From the NCBI GenBank assembly GCA_963663235.2, contig CAXXNO010000004.1, positions 864,001 to 928,000 on the forward strand: a stretch of 64,000 nucleotides of DNA. Direction: 5' to 3'. The stretch comes from Dehalococcoidia bacterium. Its GTDB lineage: Bacteria; Chloroflexota; Dehalococcoidia; Bin125. Made by a program: the position numbers and the translations under genes. The notes beneath the pieces were generated by a model. It was not told where the DNA came from, made no database searches, and saw only the letters and a program-made list of their open reading frames with translations. Position 1 is the first letter of the stretch. Each line of letters opens with the position of its first letter. Positions 1 through 9,087 of this stretch are shown in pieces.

Positions 1-311
1 TAGGCTACTTCCGGTTCGGCGACGATCTCGTGCTGGGCGTGCGCGAAGGCAGCCAGAAGATCAAGAACGTGGAGCGCAACCCGCGCGTGGCCGTGGTGGT
101 GACGTCCGCCAAAGAGACGGGCGACATCACCGGGGTGCTGCTCCAAGGGGACGCCACGTTGATCCGCGACGCCGCGGAACGGCTGGCGATCGCGCGGGAG
201 AGCGCCCGACAGCGGGGCACCGCCGAGGGGCATCTCCCGGACAGTGTCTCGCCGGACGGCGTGTACGTGAAGGTGAGCCGGCATCGGCTGGTCACGTGGA
301 GCTACCGCTGA
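1..311 (+). CDS. Pyridoxamine 5'-phosphate oxidase-like (PPOX/F420-dependent) family protein, 5' truncated by window edge
   Basis: Frame is open from the window edge. GSQKIKNVERNPRVAVVV matches the split-barrel K..N...NP.V.. motif; C-terminal 'LVTWSY'. Confidence 0.7.
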   Translation, partial: GYFRFGDDLVLGVREGSQKIKNVERNPRVAVVVTSAKETGDITGVLLQGDATLIRDAAERLAIARESARQRGTAEGHLPDSVSPDGVYVKVSRHRLVTWSYR

Positions 312-394
312 CGGGACCGAGGCCGACGGTAGTAGTCTCCGAGACGACGCGACGGGGCAACAGCGGCTGAGTGAGCAGGCAAAGGAGCGCAGCG

Positions 395-1189
395 ATGGAC
401 CTTGGTCTCCAGGGACGCAAAGCGATTGTGACGGGAGGGAGCCGCGGCATCGGCAGAGCGATCGCGGCGGCGCTGCTGGGGGAGGGGGCGTCGGTGGCGA
501 TCTGCGCCCGCAACGCGGAGGCCCTGGAAGCGGAGCGGAAGGCGCTGGCCGGGTCCGCGTCGGGGACGGTCTTCGCCTACGCCACCGACATCGGCGAGGC
601 CGACGGGATCCGGGGGTTCGTGCGGGAATCCGTGAAGGCGCTGGGCGGGCTGGACATCTTCGTCCACAACGCCAGCGGCATGGCTGTGCCCGGCGAGGAA
701 GGCTGGGGCGCCAACCTCGCCGTGGACATCCTGGCCGCCGTGCGGGGAGTGGAGGAGGCCATGCCGGCGCTGGAAGCCAGCGACGCGGGGAGCATTGTGC
801 TAATCGCCAGCATCTCGGGCATGGAGGCATTCGGCTTCGTGGGGGACCAGAACGTGCGCGAAGGGATCGGCGGGCCGTATTCGTATGGCCCGATGAAGGC
901 GGCATTGATCAGCTACGGCAACGAACTCGCACAGGCGCTGGCGCCCAAAGGGATCCGCGTCAACGCGGTGTCACCGGGGTCGATTGAGTTCGAGGATGGC
1001 TTCTGGGGCGAGATGCGGCGCGACGCCCGCGCGATCTATGACGGCGTGGTGGATACCGTACCGAGCGGGCGCTTGGGCAGGGTGGAGGAGGTGGGCCGGG
1101 TCGTTGCGTTCGTCGCCAGCCCGGCGGCCAGCTGGATCACGGCGGAGAACATCCTGGTGGACGGGGGCCAGTTCAAGGCGAACCACTAG
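395..1189 (+). CDS. Short-chain dehydrogenase/reductase (SDR)
   Basis: TGGSRGIG, HNASG, YGPMK (YxxxK), IRVNAVSPG and VDGG motifs; AGGAG RBS before ATG 395. Confidence 0.93.
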   Translation: MDLGLQGRKAIVTGGSRGIGRAIAAALLGEGASVAICARNAEALEAERKALAGSASGTVFAYATDIGEADGIRGFVRESVKALGGLDIFVHNASGMAVPGEEGWGANLAVDILAAVRGVEEAMPALEASDAGSIVLIASISGMEAFGFVGDQNVREGIGGPYSYGPMKAALISYGNELAQALAPKGIRVNAVSPGSIEFEDGFWGEMRRDARAIYDGVVDTVPSGRLGRVEEVGRVVAFVASPAASWITAENILVDGGQFKANH

Positions 1190-2076
1190 GCGCGAAAGAG
1201 CAGCCGCCGCAGGACGGCCGGCGCCCGCTGTTCGCGGGCCAGGTCGCGCCCCAGTTGCGGCAGGATCTCGGGGTCGCCCGCCATGAGGCGGTGGTTCCAG
1301 GCGCGCAGCGCGGGGAGCGTCGGCTCGCCGTCGACGAAGCGGTCGAGAGGGAGCCAGTCGCCGCCGCGCGCGGGCTGCACGAACACGGCGCGCCCCGCCG
1401 CGAGGCAGAGCGCCACGCCGGCGGCCACGTCCCAGAGTTTACCGTCGCCGATGATGCAATAGCGGAAGCTGCCTTCCGCGGTCAGCGCCAACTCCAGGGC
1501 GATGCTGCCCAGCGTTCGCGCGATGCCGAAGCGCCGCCCCTTGGGGCCGGTCATTCCCGCGACGCCGCCGGGCACGGCGGCGAGCCGGATCGCCTGCCCG
1601 ACGGGAGCGGGCGCGGAGCGGACCGGCTCCCCGTTGAAGCACAGGACACCGCCGCGGCGGCCGTGATAGACGCCCGGCTCCAAGCCGAGGGCGAATGGGG
1701 CAAAGATCGCACCGACCACGGGCTCGCCGCGCCAGAGCACTCCGATGGAGCTCGTGAAGAGCGGCAGGCCGTTGACGAAGTTGGACGTGCCATCCAGCGG
1801 GTCGACGGCCCACACGAAGGCCGCGTCCGGCGGGCCGGTGTCGTCGCCTTCCTCGCCGAGGACGGCGTGCTCCGGGAAGCGCTGCGTCACGGCCCGCCGC
1901 ACCAGATCCTCGACAGCGTGGTCCACCTCCGTCACCGGGTCCAGGCCCTGGCGATCCTTGAAGCGGACGTCCAGCACGCCGCGGAAGCGATCGATGAGGA
2001 CGGCCCCGGCCTGCGCGGCCACGTCGGCGGCAAGCGCCTCGATCTGCTCCAGGGCGGCGTCCGTGGGATCAGCCAT
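1186..2076 (-). CDS. Inositol monophosphatase family protein
   Basis: DPVTEVD, GEE, WAVDPLDGTSNF and WDVAAG signature motifs. Confidence 0.92.
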   Translation of the reverse strand: MADPTDAALEQIEALAADVAAQAGAVLIDRFRGVLDVRFKDRQGLDPVTEVDHAVEDLVRRAVTQRFPEHAVLGEEGDDTGPPDAAFVWAVDPLDGTSNFVNGLPLFTSSIGVLWRGEPVVGAIFAPFALGLEPGVYHGRRGGVLCFNGEPVRSAPAPVGQAIRLAAVPGGVAGMTGPKGRRFGIARTLGSIALELALTAEGSFRYCIIGDGKLWDVAAGVALCLAAGRAVFVQPARGGDWLPLDRFVDGEPTLPALRAWNHRLMAGDPEILPQLGRDLAREQRAPAVLRRLLFRA

Positions 2077-2167
2077 CCCGACAATCGTAGGAGGTTCTCG
2101 GACCCTGGGCGGGGCGATAGCGGCTGGCGTAGACTCGGAGCAGCAGGATGCAAGAGGGGGTGGCCGT

Positions 2168-3388
2168 ATGGCCGAAGGAGTCCCGACGCAAACGCCGAGA
2201 ACGGTGGGGGCCGCGAACCGACGGGCCGCGGCGTCGCTGGGATCGGGGTCGACGTGGGCCGAGGCGACGGAGGCGGCGGTGGAGGGCCTGGCCGGAGAGG
2301 GGGCGCCGGACCTGGCGCTGCTGTTCGTCGATTCGCGCTTCTGCCAGGACTACGGCGCGGTCGTCGAGAAGGTGCAGGCGGCGACCGGCGCGGCGCATCT
2401 GATCGGCGCGTCGGGGCAGAGCGTGATCGGCTCCGGGGTCGAGGCGGAGGATGGGGCGGCCGTCGCGATTCTAACGGTGCGGCTTCCGGGGGCCGTTCTC
2501 ACGCCGCTTCTGCTCGTCCCCGGCGACGATGACCAAGCGCGTCTCCTCGACCAGATCGAAGCGGTCGGCGACGACGCGAGTGCGTGGCTGGCCTTCGCCG
2601 ACCCCTTCAGCACCAACGCCGAGGCCCTGGTCCGGGCGATCGAAGCACGCCGGCCGGGCGTGCCGATCCTGGGCGGGCTGGCCTCCGCTCACAACCACGG
2701 GGAAGGCACCGCGCTCTTCCTGGACGGGACGGTCCATCCGGCGGGCGCGATACTGCTGGGCCTTGGTGGGGCCGTCACGCTACGCCCGCTCGTGGCGCAG
2801 GGGGCTTCGCCCATCGGACAGCCGTGGACCATCACCGCGTGCGATCGCAACATGGTGCAGAGCATCGGGTCGCGGCCCGCGCTGGAAGTACTGATCGAGA
2901 CGCTGGAAGGGCTCGACGCGGAGACGCGCGATCGGGCGCAACGCAATCTCCTAGTGGGGCTGGCGATGGACGAGTACCGCGACGAGCACGGCCCGGGCGA
3001 CTACCTGATCCGCAACCTCATGGGAGTGGACCGTGAGAGCGGCGCGCTGGCGATCAACGCGATCCCCCGTGAGGGTCAGACCTTCCAGTTTCAGTTCCGA
3101 GACGCCGGCGCCGCCGACATGGACCTGCGGCGCCAACTCGCCGCGCTCAAGGGAGACTTGGACGAGAACGAAGAGGTGACGGCCGCGCTGCTCTGCGCCT
3201 GCAACGGGCGCGGTCAGGGCCTGTTCGGGGCTCCCCACCACGACGCCGCCGCGCTCGCGGAGGCGCTGGGACCGGTGCCCACAGCGGGGTTCTTCTGCAA
3301 CGGCGAGATCGGGCCGGTGGGCGGGACGAACTTCCTGCACGGCTTCACGGCCAGTATCGCCGTGCTGACCGCCGCGGCCGACGACTAG
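2168..3388 (+). CDS. FIST (FIST_N + FIST_C) sensory domain protein
   Basis: FADPFS, GGLAS, VAQG..PIG, YLIRNL, CNGRG, GFFCNGEIGP and FLHGFTAS; start taken at ATG 2168. Confidence 0.88.
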   Translation: MAEGVPTQTPRTVGAANRRAAASLGSGSTWAEATEAAVEGLAGEGAPDLALLFVDSRFCQDYGAVVEKVQAATGAAHLIGASGQSVIGSGVEAEDGAAVAILTVRLPGAVLTPLLLVPGDDDQARLLDQIEAVGDDASAWLAFADPFSTNAEALVRAIEARRPGVPILGGLASAHNHGEGTALFLDGTVHPAGAILLGLGGAVTLRPLVAQGASPIGQPWTITACDRNMVQSIGSRPALEVLIETLEGLDAETRDRAQRNLLVGLAMDEYRDEHGPGDYLIRNLMGVDRESGALAINAIPREGQTFQFQFRDAGAADMDLRRQLAALKGDLDENEEVTAALLCACNGRGQGLFGAPHHDAAALAEALGPVPTAGFFCNGEIGPVGGTNFLHGFTASIAVLTAAADD

Positions 3389-3657
3389 GGGCGCGCTCCG
3401 CCGCTGAGCGCCGGCAGGATGTGCACCTCGGCACCGTCCGGGACAGGCTCCAGCAGCCCCATGCTCTCCTCCACGCCGTTGACCGCCAGGCTGAACTCGG
3501 GGCGGATCTCGCCGTCCTCCAGGATCCGTCGTTTGATGCCGGGACAGAGCGTGTTGAGGTTGTCCAGGACCTGACGCAGCGTGTCGCCCTGGACCTCGAC
3601 CTGGCTGCCGCCGTGGCAGAGGTCGCGCATCAGGGAGGGGATGAAGACGCGCGCCAT
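3385..3657 (-). CDS. MoaD/ThiS family ubiquitin-like sulfur carrier
   Basis: 90 aa beta-grasp pattern (VFIPSLMR...VEVQGDTL...AVNG...VHILPALSGG) with an ARP tail after GG. Confidence 0.85.
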   Translation of the reverse strand: MARVFIPSLMRDLCHGGSQVEVQGDTLRQVLDNLNTLCPGIKRRILEDGEIRPEFSLAVNGVEESMGLLEPVPDGAEVHILPALSGGARP

Positions 3658-3671
3658 AGCGCCCGCTGCGG

Positions 3672-5951
3672 TCAGTCGCCGTCGGGCAGCAGCTTGTCCA
3701 AGATCGCCGCCGGCGAGATGGGTAGCGTGTTGAAGCGCACGCCGGTGGCGTCGTGGATAGCGGCAGCGACAGCGGCGAGGGGCGGCACAATCGGCACCTC
3801 CCCGACGCCGCGCACCCCGTAGGGATGGCCAGGGTTGGGAACCTCGACGATGATCGTTTCGATCATGGGCAGGTCCAGCGCGGTGGGCATGCGGTAATCG
3901 AGGAAGGTAGGGTTCTCCATGCGGCCTTGGTCGTCGTAGCGGTATTCCTCGTTGAGCGCCCAGCCGACGCCTTGCGCCGCCCCCCCCTGCATCTGTCCTT
4001 CGACATAGGCCGGGTGAATCGCGGTGCCCGCGTCCTGGACGGCCGTGTAGCGCAGGATCTGCACCTTGCCGGTGTCGGGATCGACCTCGACATCGACGAT
4101 GTGGGTGGCGAAGGTGGGACCCGACGTTTTGGGGTTGACGTCGGCGCGGCCCACCACCATGCCGCCGGTCTTGGGCAACTTGGCGGCGAGGTCGCGGAAG
4201 GTGATAGCGCGCGGTGCGCCGTCGTCGCCGGGCGGGCCGCGGAGCACCCCATCGTCGGCGTATTCGACCTGCTCCGGCTGGACCTCCCAGATCTTCGCCG
4301 CCCGCTCGATCAGCTGACGTCGCAGGTCCATCCCCACCTCGTAGGCCGCCCAGCCCCCGGCGAAGGCGGTGCGGCTGCCGCCGGTGACGAAGGTGAAGCC
4401 GACCGAATCCGTATCGACCACCTGGGGGGCGACGTCCTCTGCGGCGATGCCCAGCGTCTCGGCCAGTTGCATGGCGATGGAGACGCGCGTGCCGCCGATG
4501 TCCGTTGAGCCCAGCACCAGGCTGACGGTGCCGTCTGCATTGACGCTAGCGGAGGCGCTGGACTCCAAGCCGATGTTGAACCAGAACCCGTGCGCGACGC
4601 CGCGCCCCCGATTCTCGCCCTGCAACTCGGAACGGTAGTGGGGGCTGTCCTGGGCGGCGAGCAGCACCTCATCGTTGCCGATGACTCCGTGAGTGGCGCC
4701 GTCGGCGCGGCGGCTGCCCTGCTTGGCGGCGTTCTTGATTCGCAGGTCCAGCGGGTCCATCTCCAGCCGCTGGGCCAACTCATCGATGACGGACTCGGCC
4801 GCGAACGCGGCGGTAGGCGCGCCCGGCGCGCGATACGCCGCAACCTTGGGCTTGTTGACCACGACATCGTAGCCGTCGATTAGCTGGTGGGGGACATCGT
4901 AGGCGGTGAAGACGCAGCGCGACGCGGCCCACACTGGGGAGCCGGGAAAGGCGCCCGCCTCGAAGGCCAGATAGGCCTGCGCCGCCACGATGGCGCCGTC
5001 TTGCTTGGCGCCGATCTTCACGCGGATATAGGTGCCTGACGTGGGACCCGTGGCGCGGAAGACCTCGTCGCGGGTCATGGTCATCTTGACCGGCTTGCCC
5101 GTCTTGCGGGAGAGCAGCGCGGCCAGGGGCTCCAAGTAGACGGGGATCTTGCCGCCGAAGCCCCCCCCGATCTCCATGGGCGTCACCCGGACCTTGGAGA
5201 CGGGAAGGTCGAGGAGGGCCGCGATTTGGTCGCGGGCCACGAAGGAGCCCTGGGTGCTGGTCCAAATCTCCAGGCGGCCGTCGCGGTTCCAGAAAGCGGC
5301 GCCGTTCTGGGGTTCCACGTAGCCTTGGTGCACCATCTTGGTCTCGAACTCGCGCTCGATGACGAGGTCCGCCTCCCGGAAGCCGGCCTCCGTGTCGCCC
5401 AGCTTGAGCTGGAGGTGGCTGGCGACGTTGCTGGGCTGGTCGCCCTTCTCGCCGCCGACCTCCTTGGTGCGCAGGCCGTCGTGCAGGATGGGTGCGGCGG
5501 GGAGCATCGCCTCCCGCACATCGAGCACGACAGGGAGCGGCTCGTACTCGACCTCAATCAGATCGAGGGCGTCCTCAGCGATGTGGGCGTCGGTGGCGCA
5601 GACCGCCGCCACCGCGTGCCCCTCGTACAGCACTTTGTCCGCGGCGAGCACGTTCCGAGCCAAGTCCTTGAGGTCGCTGCTGCCCTCGCCGAACGGGACC
5701 ACCCGATCCGCCGGGTTGGGGAGGTCAGCGCTGGTGATCACGGCCTGCACGCCCGGCAAGGCCAGCGCTTTGGAGGCGTCGATGCGCTTGATGCGCGCAT
5801 GCGCGAGCGGGCTGCGCTTCACCCGTCCGATGAGCATGTCGGGAAGCCGCAGGTCGGCGCCGTAGGCGGCGCGGCCGGTGACCTTGTCCGTGCCGTCATG
5901 CCGGATCGGGCGGGTACCGACGACGCGGTGCTTCTTGTCAGCGGTGACCAT
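3672..5951 (-). CDS. Xanthine dehydrogenase/CoxL family molybdopterin-binding large subunit
   Basis: DKVTGRA.YGAD, IGGGFGGK, AYRAPG, GQMQGGAAQG and GVRGVGE motifs. Confidence 0.95.
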   Translation of the reverse strand: MVTADKKHRVVGTRPIRHDGTDKVTGRAAYGADLRLPDMLIGRVKRSPLAHARIKRIDASKALALPGVQAVITSADLPNPADRVVPFGEGSSDLKDLARNVLAADKVLYEGHAVAAVCATDAHIAEDALDLIEVEYEPLPVVLDVREAMLPAAPILHDGLRTKEVGGEKGDQPSNVASHLQLKLGDTEAGFREADLVIEREFETKMVHQGYVEPQNGAAFWNRDGRLEIWTSTQGSFVARDQIAALLDLPVSKVRVTPMEIGGGFGGKIPVYLEPLAALLSRKTGKPVKMTMTRDEVFRATGPTSGTYIRVKIGAKQDGAIVAAQAYLAFEAGAFPGSPVWAASRCVFTAYDVPHQLIDGYDVVVNKPKVAAYRAPGAPTAAFAAESVIDELAQRLEMDPLDLRIKNAAKQGSRRADGATHGVIGNDEVLLAAQDSPHYRSELQGENRGRGVAHGFWFNIGLESSASASVNADGTVSLVLGSTDIGGTRVSIAMQLAETLGIAAEDVAPQVVDTDSVGFTFVTGGSRTAFAGGWAAYEVGMDLRRQLIERAAKIWEVQPEQVEYADDGVLRGPPGDDGAPRAITFRDLAAKLPKTGGMVVGRADVNPKTSGPTFATHIVDVEVDPDTGKVQILRYTAVQDAGTAIHPAYVEGQMQGGAAQGVGWALNEEYRYDDQGRMENPTFLDYRMPTALDLPMIETIIVEVPNPGHPYGVRGVGEVPIVPPLAAVAAAIHDATGVRFNTLPISPAAILDKLLPDGD

Positions 5952-5955
5952 GGCG

Positions 5956-6432
5956 CTATCCCCTCATGTTCGCGGCGGCATGCAGGACCGCCTGGACGAT
6001 CTTGTCGTAGCCGGTGCAGCGGCAGAGGTTGCCGGCCAGCCAGAGGCGCACGTCGTCCTCCGTGGGCGCGGAGTTCTGGTCGAGCAGGGCCTTGGCCGCC
6101 ACGATGAAGCCCGGCGTGCAGATCCCACACTGGAGCGCGGCGTCCTGGAGGAAGGCCTGCTGAATGGGGTGCAGGGCATCGGCGGTGGCGATCCCCTCGA
6201 TGGTCGTGATCGTGGATCCCGCCACTTCGGGCGCCATCACCAGACAGGAGCAGACGATGCGACCGTCCAGGATCACGGTGCAGGCGCCGCAGTTGCCGTT
6301 GTTGCAGCCCTCCTTGGTGCCGATGAGGCCGACGCGGTCTCGCAGCGCCTCCAAGAGGCTGTCCCGCTCGGAGGCGAGGAACTGGGTAGCCTCGCCGTTG
6401 ATGGTCGCGCCGATGACGATGGGATCGGTCAT
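5956..6432 (-). CDS. (2Fe-2S)-binding small subunit (CoxS-like)
   Basis: GTKEGCNNGNCGACTV, QCGICTPG and GNLCRCTGY; start at ATG 6432. Confidence 0.95.
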   Translation of the reverse strand: MTDPIVIGATINGEATQFLASERDSLLEALRDRVGLIGTKEGCNNGNCGACTVILDGRIVCSCLVMAPEVAGSTITTIEGIATADALHPIQQAFLQDAALQCGICTPGFIVAAKALLDQNSAPTEDDVRLWLAGNLCRCTGYDKIVQAVLHAAANMRG

Positions 6433-6433
6433 G

Positions 6434-7303
6434 TCAGACGCCCCGTGCCCGATCGGCGGCTGCGCGGAGACTGCGCTCCGTGAGCACCGCGGCCAGATGC
6501 TTGCGCTGTTTGATGGAGCCGCGCATATCCTCGATGGGGCGAGCATCGGCGCGGGCGGCGGCAGCGGCGGCGGCGATGGTGACATCAGACAGGGGGTCGC
6601 CGACCAACGCCTGCGCGGCGTCGGCAACGAGCAGCGGTGTCGGCGCGACCGCGCCGATGGCGACTCTGGCCCAACGGACGCGACCGTCGTCGAAACGGAG
6701 TTGTGAGGCGGCGTTGGCCACCGCGATGTCCATCTCCCCGCGGGGGATGAAGCGCTGGAACGCAGCGCCGCTGTCGGGGTGCGGCGGGGGCAGCCGTAAC
6801 GACACCAGGAACTCCCCGGGCGCCAGCGCGTTGGTCCCCGGCCCCGTGCAGAAGTCTTCAACGGGGAGAGTACGCCGACCGCCGGGCCCCGCGATGCCCG
6901 CCTCCGCCGCCAACACGATCAGCGAGGGAATGCCATCGGCGGCCGGCGAGGCGTTGCACAGATTGCCGCCAAGACTGGCGCGCCCTTGGATGGCGATGCC
7001 GCCGATCAGGGATGCGCTATCGACCAGGCAAGGGTAGTGACTCCGAACCGCCTCGTGGCGGGCGATCTGATAGCAGGGGGCTGCAGCGCCGATGGTGAGG
7101 CCTTGGTCGGGGTCGTAGGTGATGGACATGGCTTCCGGCAGCGCCTTGATATCGACGAAAAGATTGATATCACGACGACGCTCCCGCGCCTGCACGATCA
7201 CGTCCGTGCCGCCGGCAAGGACGCGCGCGCCCGAGCCACCCTGCTCCAGCAAGGCCACTGCCTCTTCCACCGATGATGGACGCGCGTAGCGCAGCGCCTG
7301 CAA
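6434..7303 (-). CDS. FAD-binding medium subunit (CoxM-like)
   Basis: LAGGTD, ASLGGNLCNASPAAD, AIGAVAPTP and PIEDMRGS; TTG start at 7303 with GGAGG RBS. Confidence 0.92.
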   Translation of the reverse strand: MQALRYARPSSVEEAVALLEQGGSGARVLAGGTDVIVQARERRRDINLFVDIKALPEAMSITYDPDQGLTIGAAAPCYQIARHEAVRSHYPCLVDSASLIGGIAIQGRASLGGNLCNASPAADGIPSLIVLAAEAGIAGPGGRRTLPVEDFCTGPGTNALAPGEFLVSLRLPPPHPDSGAAFQRFIPRGEMDIAVANAASQLRFDDGRVRWARVAIGAVAPTPLLVADAAQALVGDPLSDVTIAAAAAAARADARPIEDMRGSIKQRKHLAAVLTERSLRAAADRARGV

Positions 7304-7416
7304 GCCGACAACCCTCCAGCGGCGCGACCGCACCCGGCCGCACTGCCTGACAGGATACCGCAGCGCGGGGGCAGCGGCGGCCGAGGCGCAGCGAGATTGG
7401 CGGCGCGCAGGAGCCG

Positions 7417-8808
7417 TCAGTCGGACGAGGGCCCGCGGGGCACCCCATCCGGCGCCGGTGGGACCCACGGCGGCAGCAGTCGCAGCAGGGTGTAGCCGCC
7501 GACGGCCGCGACGATCGACGCGGCGGTGATGCCGATCTTGGCATTGCTCACCAGTTGCGGATCGTCGAAGGAGAGGTTGGCGATGAAGATGGCCACCGTA
7601 AAGCCGATGCCGCCGAGCAGCGCCACGCCAATGAGCTGGTCCCAGCGCATGCCGGGGGGCTTGGCGGCGAGACCGAGCCGGAGCGCCAGGAAGCTAAAGC
7701 CCGTGATGCCCAGGATCTTGCCCAGCACCAGCCCGGACGCCACGCCCCAAGCGAGCGAGGATCCCGCAGCGTCCGGCAAGGCGCTCCCCCGGAGATCGAT
7801 GCCCGCGTTGGCCAAGGCGAAGATGGGCACGATGACAAAGCTGCTCCAGGGCACAATCAGCCGCTCCAGCCGCTCCAGCGGGCTGGAACTCTCGCGCGCC
7901 AAGTCCTCGATGCCGCGAAGGGCATGGTCCACCCGCTCGCGGCGCTCGCTCGGGTCCGGTACGGCGAGCCCATCGCGATAGTCCTCTTCCAAGCGGTGGG
8001 CGGACTCCTGGAAGCGTTCACGGGCGTAGAGGGGCGAGGCCGGCGTCATGAGCCCGAGGACCACGCCGGAGAGGGTCGCTTCGATGCCGGACTCAAACGT
8101 CGCCAGCCAGAGCGCGGCGGCCACCACGGCGTAGGCGGGGATGGCGCGCACGTGCGCGCGCTGCATGAGCCAGATCAGCGCCACCAGCGCGATGGCGATG
8201 CCCAGCGCCGTGACGTCCAGGTCTTCGGTGAAGAGCACGGCGATCAGCACGATGCCACCGACGTCGTCGGCGACAGCCAGGGCGAGGAGGAAGATCTTTA
8301 GCTGGAAGGGCACCCGCCGGCCCAGCAAGGACAGCACGCCGAGCGCGAAGGCGATATCCGTGGCGACGGGGATCGCCCAGCCATCGGCGGCGTTGCTGCC
8401 GGCATTGAGGGCGAGGAAGAACGCTGCCGGCACGATCATCCCGCCCAGCGCGCCCATCACTGGCAGCGTCGCCTGGCGGCGGCTGGAGAGCTCGCCGTGC
8501 ACGAGCTCGCGCTTGATCTCCATCGCCACAACGAGGAAGAAGAAGGTCATCAATAGATCGTTCACCCATGCCTCGAGCGGTTCGACGATGTGAACGATCG
8601 AGAGGTCGATCGAGAGTTCGGAGTTCCAGAAGTCGTGGTAGCTGTCGGGCGCGACGTTCACCCAGATGAGTGCGGCGACAGCGCCGGCCAGGAGGACCAG
8701 CCCGCCGGCCGCCTCGATGCGCATGAACTCGACGGCCGGCCGCACGAGGAGGCGCGCCAGAAACCGATCGCTATCGAACCAAGGCCGGCGATCCCAGGGG
8801 GTGGTCAC
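7417..8808 (-). CDS. nhaA: Na+/H+ antiporter NhaA
   Basis: WVNDLLM.FFFL...EIKRE, GWAIPVATDIAFA, LAVADDVG, FALANAG and GIGFTVAIFI. Confidence 0.95.
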   Translation of the reverse strand: MTTPWDRRPWFDSDRFLARLLVRPAVEFMRIEAAGGLVLLAGAVAALIWVNVAPDSYHDFWNSELSIDLSIVHIVEPLEAWVNDLLMTFFFLVVAMEIKRELVHGELSSRRQATLPVMGALGGMIVPAAFFLALNAGSNAADGWAIPVATDIAFALGVLSLLGRRVPFQLKIFLLALAVADDVGGIVLIAVLFTEDLDVTALGIAIALVALIWLMQRAHVRAIPAYAVVAAALWLATFESGIEATLSGVVLGLMTPASPLYARERFQESAHRLEEDYRDGLAVPDPSERRERVDHALRGIEDLARESSSPLERLERLIVPWSSFVIVPIFALANAGIDLRGSALPDAAGSSLAWGVASGLVLGKILGITGFSFLALRLGLAAKPPGMRWDQLIGVALLGGIGFTVAIFIANLSFDDPQLVSNAKIGITAASIVAAVGGYTLLRLLPPWVPPAPDGVPRGPSSD

Positions 8809-9087
8809 AGACGATCCTTCGGGAACGTCGACGGGCGCGTCAGAGGCCCGTCGACGCTCCAGCGTGCGGACGCGGCCGCGGACATCTGCGTCGTAGGTTA
8901 GAGGCGGGTGGCGGAAGGGTCATCTATCGGGGCGCCGCCGCCGGGGCATGCTCGCTTTCCCTCGCATCCCTCGGCCCCTCTGGTCAGCCGATGGCGCGCC
9001 CGGCGAGCGGGCCTACGATCGAAGGAAACCGGGACCGCCGGTCACAGCGCGGACTGCGCCAGCCAGCGCAGCGGAGATGGAGACGCC

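Noticed and set aside
3672-7303. Aerobic CO dehydrogenase
   Set aside because: The active-site loop is AYRAPG, not AYXCSFR, and no coxDEF accessory genes are adjacent.
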